A stretch of DNA of 64,000 nucleotides from an uncultured cyanobacterium (GTDB lineage: Bacteria; Cyanobacteriota; Cyanobacteriia; Cyanobacteriales; Cyanobacteriaceae): positions 416,001 through 480,000 of the forward strand of contig CAVVOP010000008.1 in the NCBI GenBank assembly GCA_963749915.1, read 5' to 3'. Positions 41,432-53,600 of this stretch are shown here, one piece after another (position 1 is the first letter of the stretch; each line of letters starts with the position of its first letter). The notes below the pieces were generated by a model that was not told where the DNA came from, searched no databases, and was given only the letters and a program-made list of their open reading frames with translations. The translations under genes were made by a program, and so were the position numbers.

Positions 41432-41499
41432 TTTTTTTGATAATTGATAATGGACAATGGATTAAAAGACAAATTAGGTTAGTTGCTATTTAATAAATG

Positions 41500-42492
41500 T
41501 TACCTAATTTGATTCAAAAGTTCTTGTAATGTACCAGTATCTAGTCTTGCACCAAAATTAGTAACTAATTCCGCCGAGGCTAAAGAGGCTAATTTCCCTG
41601 CAGAAGTCCAATTTAAACCATTGGTGATACCGTACAATAAACACCCGGCATACATATCCCCTGCACCCACAGTATCTACTGCCGTAACGGGAAAAGCAGG
41701 AATTTCCAGCAAGTTTTCACCATCAAAAATAAGGGATCCCTTTTTGCCACGGGTAACCACGAAAGTATGTGCTATATTTTTAAAATAATCGATGGCTGTA
41801 TCTAAATCACCAGTATTGGCTATTTTTAAAGCTTCAGTTTCGTTAGCAAATAATAAATCAACACCGTCGCCGATAATCTCAAAAATACCATCTCGGAAAA
41901 ATTCTACCATGTTAGGATCCGATAAAGATAAAGAAGTTTTAACTCCAGCTTTTGCGGCGATATTTTTAGCTAGGATGGCGGTTTGTTTTGCTGTGGGAGA
42001 AGAGACTAAATAACCTTCGATATATAGATAATCAGAATCCTTTAAGGCTGTCTCGTTTAATTCTTTGGTGGTTAAATTTCCCGTAATACCTAAAAAAGTA
42101 TTCATAGTGCGATCGGCATCGGGAGTAACTAAAACTAAACACCTGCCTGTAATACCAGTGGGGCGATTTTCGACAGTTAAGTTGGTATGTAATCCGCAAT
42201 TAAGTAAATCTTCAAGATAAAATGCACCTGCATCATCATCGGCTACTTTACAAGAATAAAAACCTTTCCCCCCTAGTTGACCTATCGCTACTAATGTATT
42301 AGCGGCAGAACCTCCAGAACATTTTTTGCAAGGGTTCGGTAAATGTTTGACAACTTCCGTTTGTTGGGTTTCATCCATTAAAGTCATTACCCCTTTGTCA
42401 ATGGCTAATTGAGTGAGTAATTCGGGGGTTACTTTAAATTCCATATCGACTAGGGCGTTACCTATGCCATAAACGTGATATTTTTTGTTCAT
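41500..42492 (-). CDS. PfkB family carbohydrate/adenosine kinase
   Basis: GNALVD, GGSAAN, NETEA and DTVGAGD. Confidence 0.9.
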   Translation of the reverse strand: MNKKYHVYGIGNALVDMEFKVTPELLTQLAIDKGVMTLMDETQQTEVVKHLPNPCKKCSGGSAANTLVAIGQLGGKGFYSCKVADDDAGAFYLEDLLNCGLHTNLTVENRPTGITGRCLVLVTPDADRTMNTFLGITGNLTTKELNETALKDSDYLYIEGYLVSSPTAKQTAILAKNIAAKAGVKTSLSLSDPNMVEFFRDGIFEIIGDGVDLLFANETEALKIANTGDLDTAIDYFKNIAHTFVVTRGKKGSLIFDGENLLEIPAFPVTAVDTVGAGDMYAGCLLYGITNGLNWTSAGKLASLASAELVTNFGARLDTGTLQELLNQIR

Positions 42493-42538
42493 CTTTTGAT
42501 TTTATTAATATTGAATGGTTATTCCGATTCTAAATTAT

Positions 42539-43864
42539 CTACTGATTTTCGTTGATTTTAACCTCATCCTCAAAAGGGTGATCTAATTCATCCATTGGAT
42601 TTTGATTATCTTCCTCAGAGGATAATTCTTCTAAAGCGGCATTTTCAGTTTCTACTGGTAAATCCGTTAGGGTTTCGATAATATCTTGTGCAGGAATATC
42701 TTGAGGATAGATTTCCTGAGATAAATCTGTATCGGTATTTTCTGGTAACAATTCGATTTCTCCCTCTTGGGTGTCGTCAGATTCTAAATCCGTTAACAAG
42801 GAGGTGTCTTCTTCTTTGACGTCCGATTCTAAGGGAGTATCAGCTATAATTTCTGTTTCTGGGGTGGAAATTTCCACAGATGTTTCTATAATCTTGTCTG
42901 TCTCTGGTGAGGTTTTGGGGGTTTTTGTGCTATCTTCAGGGATATTATTATTAGATTCTGGTAAATCGGTATTTACCATCGCATCTTCCACGTCCGTCTC
43001 CGTAGTTTGAGGCTTAATTTCTACAGTATTTTCTTCTAAACTAGAATCTTCAAGGGGTTGTTGTTGAGAAACCGGTTCCTGCGGTTGAGGGGTTTTCGGA
43101 GGAGATGGTTTACGGAAAATCCCCAAAAACTTGCTAAGAATAGTGGCTTTAGGAGGGGAGGATGGTTTCTTTTCTGAAGATGATTCCGTTAATCCTAAAG
43201 AATCAATGTCAAAATCATCTTCAAGGATATTTTCTTCTTTGTTCGTCTGTTGATTAACAATTTCTTCAATGATGTTGTCTTCCTGTGGAGAATCATCCTT
43301 GGGGGTATCACTAACAATTTCTTCGATAATATTTTCTACTTTTTGAGAAGTAGCAATGTCAGTAATAATGTCTTCAGCAACTGTGGCAGATTCAGTTTTT
43401 ACCTCAGAGGAAACATTTTTTTCTGAATCCGTTACTTTTGTTTCTTCGACAACATCGATTTTTTCCTCAGTCTCAACTGGTTTATCGGTTTTTGTTTTAC
43501 TGGTAACAGACGGTTTTGGTTTTTTAAGGGTTAATTGAGAGAGTTTATCCAAGGAACCCGCAATCAAGCTTAATAAGGAAACTCCTTGTAAAACCGCCCT
43601 CGATTGCGAATCGGCAATAATAGTTTTTCTTAGTTGACGATTTTCCCAAATAAATGCGATGGCCACTGAGATGATAGCTAATTGTCCTAATAAAACTGCT
43701 CCCGTTATTCTACCAGCACATACCCAAAGAGTCAGGGCATAAAATAATCCTAACCCACTCCATAAGAAATCATCCTGCCGATGAATTTTCGGACTAATAA
43801 AAGCATTCAAATATAGTATTAGACTAATAATAGCCATAAGAGTGGCGAGAAAGTAAGCTAACAT
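42539..43864 (-). CDS. Ycf66 family protein with a long acidic disordered tail
   Basis: PKIHRQDDFLWSGLGLFYALTLW N-terminus; E/D/T/P-rich tail. Confidence 0.75.
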   Translation of the reverse strand: MLAYFLATLMAIISLILYLNAFISPKIHRQDDFLWSGLGLFYALTLWVCAGRITGAVLLGQLAIISVAIAFIWENRQLRKTIIADSQSRAVLQGVSLLSLIAGSLDKLSQLTLKKPKPSVTSKTKTDKPVETEEKIDVVEETKVTDSEKNVSSEVKTESATVAEDIITDIATSQKVENIIEEIVSDTPKDDSPQEDNIIEEIVNQQTNKEENILEDDFDIDSLGLTESSSEKKPSSPPKATILSKFLGIFRKPSPPKTPQPQEPVSQQQPLEDSSLEENTVEIKPQTTETDVEDAMVNTDLPESNNNIPEDSTKTPKTSPETDKIIETSVEISTPETEIIADTPLESDVKEEDTSLLTDLESDDTQEGEIELLPENTDTDLSQEIYPQDIPAQDIIETLTDLPVETENAALEELSSEEDNQNPMDELDHPFEDEVKINENQ

Positions 43865-44043
43865 TGCTTGTTCTCCTTAGATATATTTATTTCTTCTGAT
43901 TATTATACTTGAAGGAGTTAATTAACAATTAGTAATTAGCAATTACCCGTCAATTATTAACACTCAAAGAAAAAAAACATCTACAATGAGACACGGTGAC
44001 TAAATAAGCTAATCTTTAAAAAAAAGCCGATTTCCCGTAAGCC

Positions 44044-45093
44044 ATGACACAAGAAACCAATCAAAAATCAACAATTCCTAATTATTTCGTTTCTCCTGGT
44101 GGTAAAATCCACGCTCAAACTTGTCGTCATTGTCAGCATGAGAAGGAGGGGTGGCAAAGATTAGGTTCTTTTACCAGTGGTATTGAAAAAGGTTATCAAG
44201 CCTGCCGTCTTTGTTGTCCTTCAAATGCTGAAACACAAAGTTTACCGCCAGATCCTATCATTAGTGTATCAGATATATTAGTTTCTGAGGAAAAAATCTC
44301 TACTGCAACTCCTTCAGAAAAAGATAAATCTGCTAACAAAAACCAGACTAATTCCGACAAAACTGACAAAATTAAAGATAAATCTACCCAGACAAAATCT
44401 CAGCAAAAAACTCCCCAAAAATCAGCGGAAAAAGTCGAGAAAAAACGTTATAAGATTTTAGCAGGCAATGGGTGTCATCAGGCGATCGCCGAAGTACAAG
44501 GTATATTGGTACCTCCCAGCGAACCCGAACAACATTTCATCTTAATTTTGCCTGATGGATTTCAAATAGAAGTAACTTTTAAAACCCCCAGATTGTATTG
44601 GATTGCCCATAATCAAGACAAAATCTTAGGATCTCACTGGTTTAGAGGTTATCCAAAAATGAAGGATGATAAGTTAGTTAGTTTGCAAATTATTGCATGG
44701 GATAAAAATATGCCGACTAATCCTAGGGGTTTTGAAACTTGGGAATTTACGGGGGTATGGACTGCTCAAAAAAATATCACGGTACAACGCTCAATGATGA
44801 TGGAAGATGTCCGCAAAATTGCCAAAGAAACAGGGTTTATCAAGAAGTTTAAATATACTTTTACTAATAGTTTTGAGTGGGTAAAAAATAAAAAATTATG
44901 GATGGGATATGTTTATAAAGTTTTGTGTCAAAGGAAGGGTGATACTTTAGAAATAAAAAAAGTAATTCCCTATGCTTGTCCTAGATTTAAACCTGATCCT
45001 AAAGGTTTTAATAAAAGAGATGATGGTAAAAATAATTATCATAAAGCAGAGAAAAAAGATTTTAGACCAGCATATAAAAAACCTAAAGATTAA
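44044..45093 (+). CDS. Hypothetical protein with an N-terminal Ada-like Cys/His metal-binding module
   Basis: KIHAQTCRHC...GYQACRLCCP, a Lys-rich linker and a basic C-terminal domain. Confidence 0.6.
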   Translation: MTQETNQKSTIPNYFVSPGGKIHAQTCRHCQHEKEGWQRLGSFTSGIEKGYQACRLCCPSNAETQSLPPDPIISVSDILVSEEKISTATPSEKDKSANKNQTNSDKTDKIKDKSTQTKSQQKTPQKSAEKVEKKRYKILAGNGCHQAIAEVQGILVPPSEPEQHFILILPDGFQIEVTFKTPRLYWIAHNQDKILGSHWFRGYPKMKDDKLVSLQIIAWDKNMPTNPRGFETWEFTGVWTAQKNITVQRSMMMEDVRKIAKETGFIKKFKYTFTNSFEWVKNKKLWMGYVYKVLCQRKGDTLEIKKVIPYACPRFKPDPKGFNKRDDGKNNYHKAEKKDFRPAYKKPKD

Positions 45094-45109
45094 AGAAGGC
45101 AGGAGTTGA

Positions 45110-45214
45110 AAGGCAGGAGGCAGGAGGACGGTTAGCGGGGGATTTAAACCCAATTGGGCGAGACAAAAAGGGTTTTTTCGTGGTCTAAAAATTTTCCCTC
45201 CTGCCTCCTGCCTT
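45110..45214. repeat. 105-bp IR-bounded repeat (MITE/REP-like)
   Basis: Perfect 18-bp IR AAGGCAGGAGGCAGGAGG / CCTCCTGCCTCCTGCCTT. Confidence 0.75.
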
Positions 45215-45287
45215 GCCCGAAGGGCAGTTAATTTGCTGATAAAGAATAAAATACCCTATTCCTTATATCGTTAATTATTCATTGTTT

Positions 45288-47105
45288 ATGGCTTCTTTTA
45301 AAGATCTAATTAAGTATTATGATGACTATAAATTAACAGTGTTTTTAAGCATAGGTGCGACAGGTTTATTTGAATTAATTGATCTTATTGTGCCTTATTT
45401 AATTGGGCAAATACTCAATGTAATATCGGGACAAAAAATAGACAATTTTTTACAAATTACTGTTACTAATATCGGTAATATTGTTAATGTTAATAGTAAT
45501 CAAACATTATCTTTAACGGTTTTAGTAACGATAATTTTTATTATTACCGTAGTTAGAGCACCAATTCAGCCCTGGATTGGTTCATGGTTTCACTGGGAAA
45601 TTACGCTCAAAACTCGCAAAGATTATTCTCAAAAAGTGATCGAAAAAATCCTGAGTTTACCTCTGAGTTTTTATGACGAAAATAATCCCGGTAGAATTGC
45701 GGGGAGAGTGGCTAGGGGTATCGCAAATCATACATGGACTTATCCTGAAATTGCGGGGCAATTATTACCTAAATTAATCAGAGTTTTAGGAATTTTTTTC
45801 GTTATTCTTTTATTAGAAAAAACTATTGCCATTGGCTTTATTCTCTCCTTTGTTTCAATTTTAATTTTTACTTTGATACACCTCAAAAAATTAATTAAAC
45901 AGGAGGAATTGTTAGATAAACACCAAGAAAATACTGAAAGTAGAACATCAGAAATTATTACTAATATTAAAACTGTCAAGGCTTTTGCCACCGAATCTCA
46001 AGAATTAACTAGACAAAAAAAAAGATTAAATCGAGAATATAAAGTAGTAATTAATCGCATCCATTTGGGCTATATAAAACTGGCTACATGGTCAAGAACT
46101 ATTGTGCAATTATCCTTATTTTTGGTCTTTTTATCTATCTTAATTCCTACAGTAAAACAGGAAGTTTCCATAGGTCATTTCATCACCATTTATACGGTGG
46201 CAAGTATGGCTTATGCTGAAATTGAACCCATTAGCACATTATCAGAAGTTTTTGCTCGTCGCTATGCTTCTATGATTCGATTCCACGAATTTATGAACTT
46301 ACCCTCAGGAAAAGATGCCTCCAGTTTAAAGCCTCAACATTTAACTGAGAATTCTCCCTATCAATTTAAAGGCAAAATAGAGTTCAAAAATATCTCTTTT
46401 GGCTACCATGATAATCGTTTAGTTATTGATAATATTAACCTATTAATTCAACCCTATGAAACTGTGGCTTTGGTAGGTAGATCTGGCTCTGGAAAATCTA
46501 CTTTAGTTAAACTTTTATATCGTTATTTTGAACCTTTGAACGGAGAAATTCTACTGGATGACATTAATATTAACAACCTTGATATTTCTGCTTATCGTCG
46601 TCGTTTAGCCATTGTACATCAAGAAGTTGATATGTTTAATGGTACTATTTTTGATAACTTAATTTATGGCAATCCTCATGTTAGTTTAGATGATGTAAAA
46701 CAGGCTTGTTCCATCGCCAGAGTAGATGAATTTATCCAAAATTTACCAGACAAATATTATGCGATTGTAGGGGAAAGAGGGGTAAGATTATCAGGAGGAC
46801 AAAAACAGAGATTAGGCATCGCAAGGGCGTTAATCATGAATCCCGATATCTTGATTTTTGATGAAGCAACATCTAGCCTTGATTATGAATCCGAGAGAGA
46901 GATTCAATTGGCAATGCGATGGATTTTTGGGACTCGCACTACGATAATTATCGCCCATCGTTTAAGTACTGTAAGAGAAGCAGATAAGATTGTAGTATTA
47001 GATCAGGGAAAAATTGCAGAAGTTGGTAACCATGAGGAGTTGTTGGCGACTAAAGGAATATATCAAAAGTTACACTCTTTACAAGAAAGCGGGGATTTAT
47101 ATTAA
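45288..47105 (+). CDS. ABC exporter, fused permease/ATPase (MsbA-like)
   Basis: TM domain, GRSGSGKS, LSGGQKQR, DEATS and IAHRLST. Confidence 0.92.
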   Translation: MASFKDLIKYYDDYKLTVFLSIGATGLFELIDLIVPYLIGQILNVISGQKIDNFLQITVTNIGNIVNVNSNQTLSLTVLVTIIFIITVVRAPIQPWIGSWFHWEITLKTRKDYSQKVIEKILSLPLSFYDENNPGRIAGRVARGIANHTWTYPEIAGQLLPKLIRVLGIFFVILLLEKTIAIGFILSFVSILIFTLIHLKKLIKQEELLDKHQENTESRTSEIITNIKTVKAFATESQELTRQKKRLNREYKVVINRIHLGYIKLATWSRTIVQLSLFLVFLSILIPTVKQEVSIGHFITIYTVASMAYAEIEPISTLSEVFARRYASMIRFHEFMNLPSGKDASSLKPQHLTENSPYQFKGKIEFKNISFGYHDNRLVIDNINLLIQPYETVALVGRSGSGKSTLVKLLYRYFEPLNGEILLDDININNLDISAYRRRLAIVHQEVDMFNGTIFDNLIYGNPHVSLDDVKQACSIARVDEFIQNLPDKYYAIVGERGVRLSGGQKQRLGIARALIMNPDILIFDEATSSLDYESEREIQLAMRWIFGTRTTIIIAHRLSTVREADKIVVLDQGKIAEVGNHEELLATKGIYQKLHSLQESGDLY

Positions 47106-47433
47106 AAAAAAGGGTTATCAACAGTACTTCTAAACTATTACTCATCCTAGCTCAAAACTAGAAAATATCGACAGTTAATAAAACAAAAGATAACTTGATC
47201 TGCCTGTGTTAAGCAAAACCCCCCCCTTTTTGAATAACGCCAAGACTCCTATGTTAAAATCAGAGTCTCAAGGGATCGCTAAATCGCTGTTCAAAAATAA
47301 CTTTATCAGTAGAAGTGTTGTCTCAAACCGCCGACTACTCTTGATTTTTCAAAAGTGTGAAGTTATTTCTAAACGCCCCCTAACTGACAGAAAATCGAAG
47401 GGAGACGTAAACCTTTGAATTGGCGAAGAGAAA

Positions 47434-49337
47434 ATGGAGAAAAAATCAATGGATAACAGACTTTCTAACAAGGATAATCGTTTCGATCTGCTTCTAGATG
47501 ATATCGAAATATCTCCGCAAATCCAGAAAGTAATCCTTTGCGCATTTAACACTTTTACGGAAGGGAAGGCACTTTCAGACCGGATAATTGACAATCCCCA
47601 TCTTGGTAAGACAGAAGAACAGATGGCATATGGCCTGAGACCCTCAGTAGCTAAGCGGGTCATCGAGTTCCGGGGAACCCTTCCTGAAAAACAATTCCAA
47701 AGCCTATCAGAGATTTTGGCAGTAAAAGGAATCGGCAAGGATACTTTCGCCGATATTGTTTATTCCTTCCGAATTATGCCAGCAGTAACCAAGGCTTTGT
47801 TTGTGCTTAATGCAGAACGAGATGCCAAAACATTGGCCAAGCTGGTGTTAGATCGTAAGAATCTAAACAGCGAAACTGCTGGGCTGATCCAGGAGCTTGC
47901 CTCCAACATCATTGAATTACGAGATACCCTTCCCGGGAAGGTTTTTACAGACTTGAATCAGTTAATGGCAGCTCCAGGAATCACGAAGGAAACGGTACAG
48001 GATATATTCTTTACCTTTAGCCAGGAGGTCTTGAAGGGGGACCAGCCCTTTGTGAATGACGAGACCTTCGTTCGAGCTAACCTCGCGGTTGCTCTGGCAC
48101 CGTTCCTGTCCATGGCACCGGAGAACGAAGCTACTCGCATCCTGGGAAGCGATCCCATCATCGATGCCATAGAATTCCTCAGCGGGGGACTCGACCCCGA
48201 ATACATAGAATTTCTCAATTCTAAGCTTACCCTCGCGATCGCACTGGATATTGTCACCCTGGAAACCCGTGTGGGCGAGCTTGTCTATTTACCTCAAAAG
48301 ACTGAAGTCACTACCGCTATCCCTGACAGTGTGAGAGATCCGGCCTCCATCCCTGGGGCACCAGTGGAATATAGCTGGTTCACCATGGAAGGACCTACCC
48401 TGCTGCAATCGCCCGGTCCGCTGAACATCCGCCTATTGATAGAGGGTAAATGGTCGCCCTTCTTTACTTATGACGATCCCATCTCGGTTGAGCCAGTTAC
48501 TGGCGGGGTGAGGATTCGAAAATTCTTTGGCGGCCCTCTGGGAGTCCTCGGTAATGCGAGCAACCTGACTGAGGAGGATACCGAGTTTCTGATTCCACCG
48601 TACGGTGCAGGTAAAAGGACTCAAAAAAGGCAATGCAAAACTGACCTTGTTTTACCAGAATGAGGGTTGCCAATCCCAGGCAGAATTGCCCATTAAAGTA
48701 GTGATCCGGCGCTTCACCCCAGAGGGAAAAACGAAGGAAGAAAAAAAGGCTCTTCCACTCCTGCAGCATGCCCCAGCTGTGCGAATTAGGAAAAGCACAA
48801 CCCAGAAGATTGATCCCGACAAGCAAAAGGTCGATATTGACCGGAGAAAGGTAATTCTGAAGATGGATCTCGAAGGTACCCTCCGTGATGCAGTAGAAGA
48901 GATCGAAAGTGTAGAGGTTCTCTCTGGGACTACTTTTAAGAAAGCTTTACCCCAAGATCGCGGCGATCGCTTTGACAATTCCAGCTTCAGAGCCGTAGAT
49001 ATTGAATTCTTAGCCCCAGGGAAGAGTTATATCCGAGTCAAATCGGTTAATAAGCTTCAGCGAGAGGGGACAGATACCTTGGAGATCAACGTAAAGCTGA
49101 CAGATTTCTGGAAAAAGATCATCCAAGAGCGAGAACAAGCTCTCGCAGATGTCCTAGCTTCCGGAGCCAGTGAAGGAAGGATCAAGGAGGAAAAACGACT
49201 GCTGGTCAAAGCCCTTCGTTTCGGCGTCGAGGCGGCTGAGATCGCGACCAAGAACCTGGTCCATAGCTCCAACGGAGACAGGACACCCAAGAAAAAAGAT
49301 AAGTTTTCTATTGTCATCGAGGACAATGAGAGAATTG
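47434..49337 (+). pseudogene. Protein with two helix-hairpin-helix (ComEA-like) domains and Ig-like beta segments; frameshifted near 48600 and cut by ISKra4; probable N-terminus of the Rhs gene
   Basis: AKRVIEFR...FQSLSEILAVKGIGKDTF and ASNIIELR...FTDLNQLMAAPGITKET. ORFs 47434-48663 and 48605-49387 overlap in different frames, and the second runs into the IS IR. Confidence 0.65.
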
Positions 49338-50644
49338 GGGAGCATCCCATTTTTGCAATTTTATTTGTGTTGCTTTCAGAAGCATAAAATATTGTCTTAT
49401 TTTAAAAACTTGATACTTTCTTCAGACCGAGAGTAATAATTGAATTATCCACATTTATTTTAAACCTACTTACTAACTATGATTTCTACAATTAACATGA
49501 CTCCTGAAGATCGGTTAGAGTTGGATAACTCTTTGAGAAAAGCTAGTGAGATTCTTTACCGTTATAGTAACGCTGACGATTGTGAGTCTTTTGCCCATTT
49601 GGAAAATCATGTACGTCATCAAATTTTAGAGTTTGTTAGTCCTCAACTCACCCTTTTTTTATCGAGAAGAAAACAAATTTACCACTATCAGGAAGGGTCA
49701 GAACTCTTAAAAGTTGTTTAGGAACTATTTCTATTAGTCAAAAACAAGCACAATATTTGGGAATAGAACCATCAACTCGTTTGAGTCCGTTGCTAGAAAA
49801 ATGTTGTCTTTTACTAAGTGCCAATGAGTCTTATCAAAATGCACAACAAGATTTGTCCATATTGACAGGAATTAAAGTCGGTCATTCGACTTTCCATAGA
49901 AAAGTAAATCAGGTGGAGTTGCCAGATGCAGAAATGAAACAAGGATTATCAGAAATAGCAGTAGATGGGGGAAAAGTACGATTGAGAAGTGAAGTCAAAG
50001 GAGAACCAAGCTATTGGCAAGACTACAAGACAGCAAGGTTACAAGGACTTTATTGTGGAGCTTTTTTCCAATCAAATCTTTGTTTAAGTGATTGGATCAA
50101 CAGTCAACCTTTGACATCACCAATATATTGTTTAGGAGATGGACATGATGGAGTTTGGAATATATTTGAAGAGATTGGAGAGGAAGAAAATCGAGTGGAA
50201 ATTTTGGATTGGTATCATCTGAGAGAAAATCTGTACAAAATGGAGGCACAAAAGTCCATCTTGGAAAAATTAGAAGGACAGTTATGGGCAGGACAGGTAT
50301 CAGAGGCAATTTCATTATTAGAAAGATTAGAACCAACAGGAGGAAAAAAAATGGTTAAATATCTTCAAAAGCATCGGTACCGAGTCATCAATTACGAATA
50401 TTGTCAAAGAGAAAAAATTTGTTCCATCGGTAGTGGAGCAGTAGAATCAGGAGTAAAACAAATCAGTCAAAGAATAAAACTAACAGGGGCACAGTGGAAA
50501 AAAGAGGATGTGAATAAAATATTGCAGTTGCGTTGTGCTTATCTGAATGGTAAATTTGCAGGACTTGCTTAACTGACTACAGATTATCTATCCGGAGCAT
50601 CGTAGGTGATAGCTCTATTTTGGCAAAAAAAATGGGATGCTCCC
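49338..50644 (+). mobile_element. ISKra4-family element
   Basis: IR GGGAGCATCCCATTTTT / AAAAATGGGATGCTCCC; ORFs 49479-49721 and 49757-50572 joined by a -1 shift at CCCTTTTTTT; VDGGK, LGDGHDG, LDWYHL and IGSGAVES. Confidence 0.9.
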
Positions 50645-53600
50645 AACCTTTATCTATGACCAATTCGGGAGGGTCAAAGAAGAATTAGCCATCAACGGAG
50701 TCAAAACGACGTTTAGCTACGACTTGGGATTTGGGGAAGATCTCACTGGTCTACCTTTGCGTATAAAAACTGGAGATCATTCCGAAACTTATGAATACGA
50801 TGTCATGGGCCGTAGTACCGAGATGACCAACCATTTTGGCTACCCGACGGTGTTCACCTATGACAAGATTGGTCGTCAGGTCACCTTCACCGAAGGCGAA
50901 GGTGGCAAAAAACATGTCACAACCAATGTCTATGACGAACAACATAGGCTTGTCAAATCATTCGACAAAGTAGCGGGAGAAGAACGAGCCTCTATCACGA
51001 AATACGACCAATATGGCGAAACGGTCTCTAGTACAAATCCCCTGGGACACTCCCGCCAAATTCTGAAACGGGATAACCGCGGCCATGTCCTTGAGGTTAG
51101 GGAGCCCGATGGTGCCCTATACCGGGTCGAATCCTTCGATCCCTTGGGCCGACCTAATGGCATGATCTACCCGACGGTGGAAAGGCTGGGAACACAGGGT
51201 CGTTTCCAGACCGAGGAAATGCACGACCTAGTCAAGACCTACAATGATGTTCCTCGAACTCACCGTAACACTGGTCAGAAGGTTACATCGGTCAAGTACC
51301 AATGGGGGCCGAACAGGGTTGTCACCGAGTTCTGGTCATTGCGTGGGGAATTAGTGGCTAAGGAAACGTTGGAAGACGGTCGTCTGCAAAAAATCGTCAA
51401 CCATTACAGTCAACGCTCAGAATTGCTCCAAGTCGATCGCTATGAAGGCAATGCCAATATCGCCACTATCCACAAATACCGCTACGATAACCTGGGTCAA
51501 AGGGTGGAAGAGACTACGGGAACGCTCACGACGCAAATATATACGGATCGAGATCCGGATCTCGGTATCTATGCTATCAGTATTCAACCGAAACAGGCCT
51601 CACAGCAGACTAACCCCTATACTGTTCAACAATACGACGACAATGGCAGACTGATCGCCGGCTATGATGCTGAGGGTACCAAGGTTCTGGAGTATAAATA
51701 CAACGACCAAGACCGAACGATTAACGTCTTCCAGATCGATCCCGACGACAGTATTTTCAAAGACAAACTGGTGGCCATGCGCTTTATTGAACACGATGAA
51801 AGCGGCGACGTAGTTAAAGAGCTCGATTACCGAACCAACAGCACAGTTACCTATGAACGGGATGAGATCGGCAGAATTAAAATGTCCTTCTCCCCAAACG
51901 GGACTATTGAATATAAATACGACAAGCTCGATCGGATTATCAAGGCCATCTCGGAAGTCGATGTTGTTATAGGTAAGATTACCAAAGACAGAGCTACTCG
52001 CAACTTTCAGGCTCCAGGTACAGCGATCGCAAAACTAGAAGTCACCACCAAATATGATGAGATGGGCCGTATGTCCTCCCAAGGTACTGACATCGCCAAA
52101 GAGCTGATCCAGTACGATGGATTAGGAAGGCCGATTCGGATCAGCCGCACCGGAATTGGCAAGGGTCTGGTAGAAGAGGAACATTTCTATGATGCCAAAG
52201 GAGACCTAGTGGGGCGTTCTTTTGGTAAAGACCATTTCTGGAAAGTAGATCGTAATTTTAAAAAACGGCAGGATATCCAGCTGTACTTCAACAAGACTAA
52301 AGGCTACGAAAGGATATTCAATTACAACCGTCTGGATCAGCTAACCGAGATTTTGGACAGCGACAGCTTCTTCAATTACAAAATGCAGTATGACATTAAT
52401 GGCCGCATGATCTCTCACCAGGTTCTACGCAATGTTACCCAAACCCTTTCGCAAGTGACATGGGAGTATAACGGAGGAGTCCAAGCTGACAAAATGTTCA
52501 TTAAAGCCAAGGATATCGATCGCGAAATCCAGTATGGATTCAACCAGAATATGCAGATCACCAGCCTGTCGGATTTTAAACTCAACCCAGAAGGGGAATA
52601 CAAGTTTGAGTTCAACAAAGCAGGCTATCTCAAGAAGATCCAACGACCATCTGATCCCAAGGCGAACACTACCTTCCGATATCACAACACGGGGAAATTA
52701 TCCCAAATGAATCACGCCCTCGGGGAGGGGTGGACGAATTTCTTCAACACCACCATCTTCAAATCAGATTACGACGAATTGGGCAATCCCAAAAAGATCC
52801 AGCATATTCATACCCTGAACTATTTCGATAAGCTGACAGGAGAACAGCATAACAACCAGAATTTCACCCTTAACGAAAATCACACCTACGATAAACGCAA
52901 CCGCCTCACTCGTAGCAAATATGAAGGAGAGGTTCAAAAGTTCCTCGGATACTTCGAGGACATAGGTCCACGTTCGTTATCGAGTATCATCCAGTCCGAC
53001 CAAGATCGGCAATTCTTCTTCGACGAATTCAATCGCAAGGTACTTGAGATCAAACGCGATCGACCAGATAAAAAGAATAAGCCTGACCGTTCCTATTTTG
53101 AAGTGGTCAAGAATTTTTATGGCAATGGCAATGCTATTGAGGAGTCCATTAAAGAATTTTATCTAGAAGGGAGCGATAAGTTTAACCTGGTCGGGCAAAA
53201 GATCATTTACGACGAACTAGGCCGCAAATCCAAGGTAATCGAAACCCTTGTCTTTAATGGCGATAACTCCCGCAAATGGTCAACCATGACCACGTTCGAG
53301 TACGGCATTGACGACAAGCCTGTCAATATTAAGGTCGTTGAAAAGCATGGCCGCTCTATATTTTTGGTGATGGAGACTCAAAACGTCTATGATCCCCAGG
53401 GGCGGCCTGTCCGCACAAGGATGATCCCTCATGGAGAGAGCAAAATTGGCAAGGCTGACGGTGTCGCTACCCTTGCGGGTGACAATGCGGATGAATCCGA
53501 TTATGCCGGCAATTATATCCGCTTTGAGATCGGTGGCCGCAAGACCAACCATTACATCTACATCGGACAGAACCTCACGGCCCTCCTTAACGGAGCTGGT

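Noticed and set aside
45288..47105. ABC exporter as the secretion system for the Rhs protein or the RiPP
   Set aside because: Host-like AT content, no C39 peptidase domain or HlyD partner, and far from grrA
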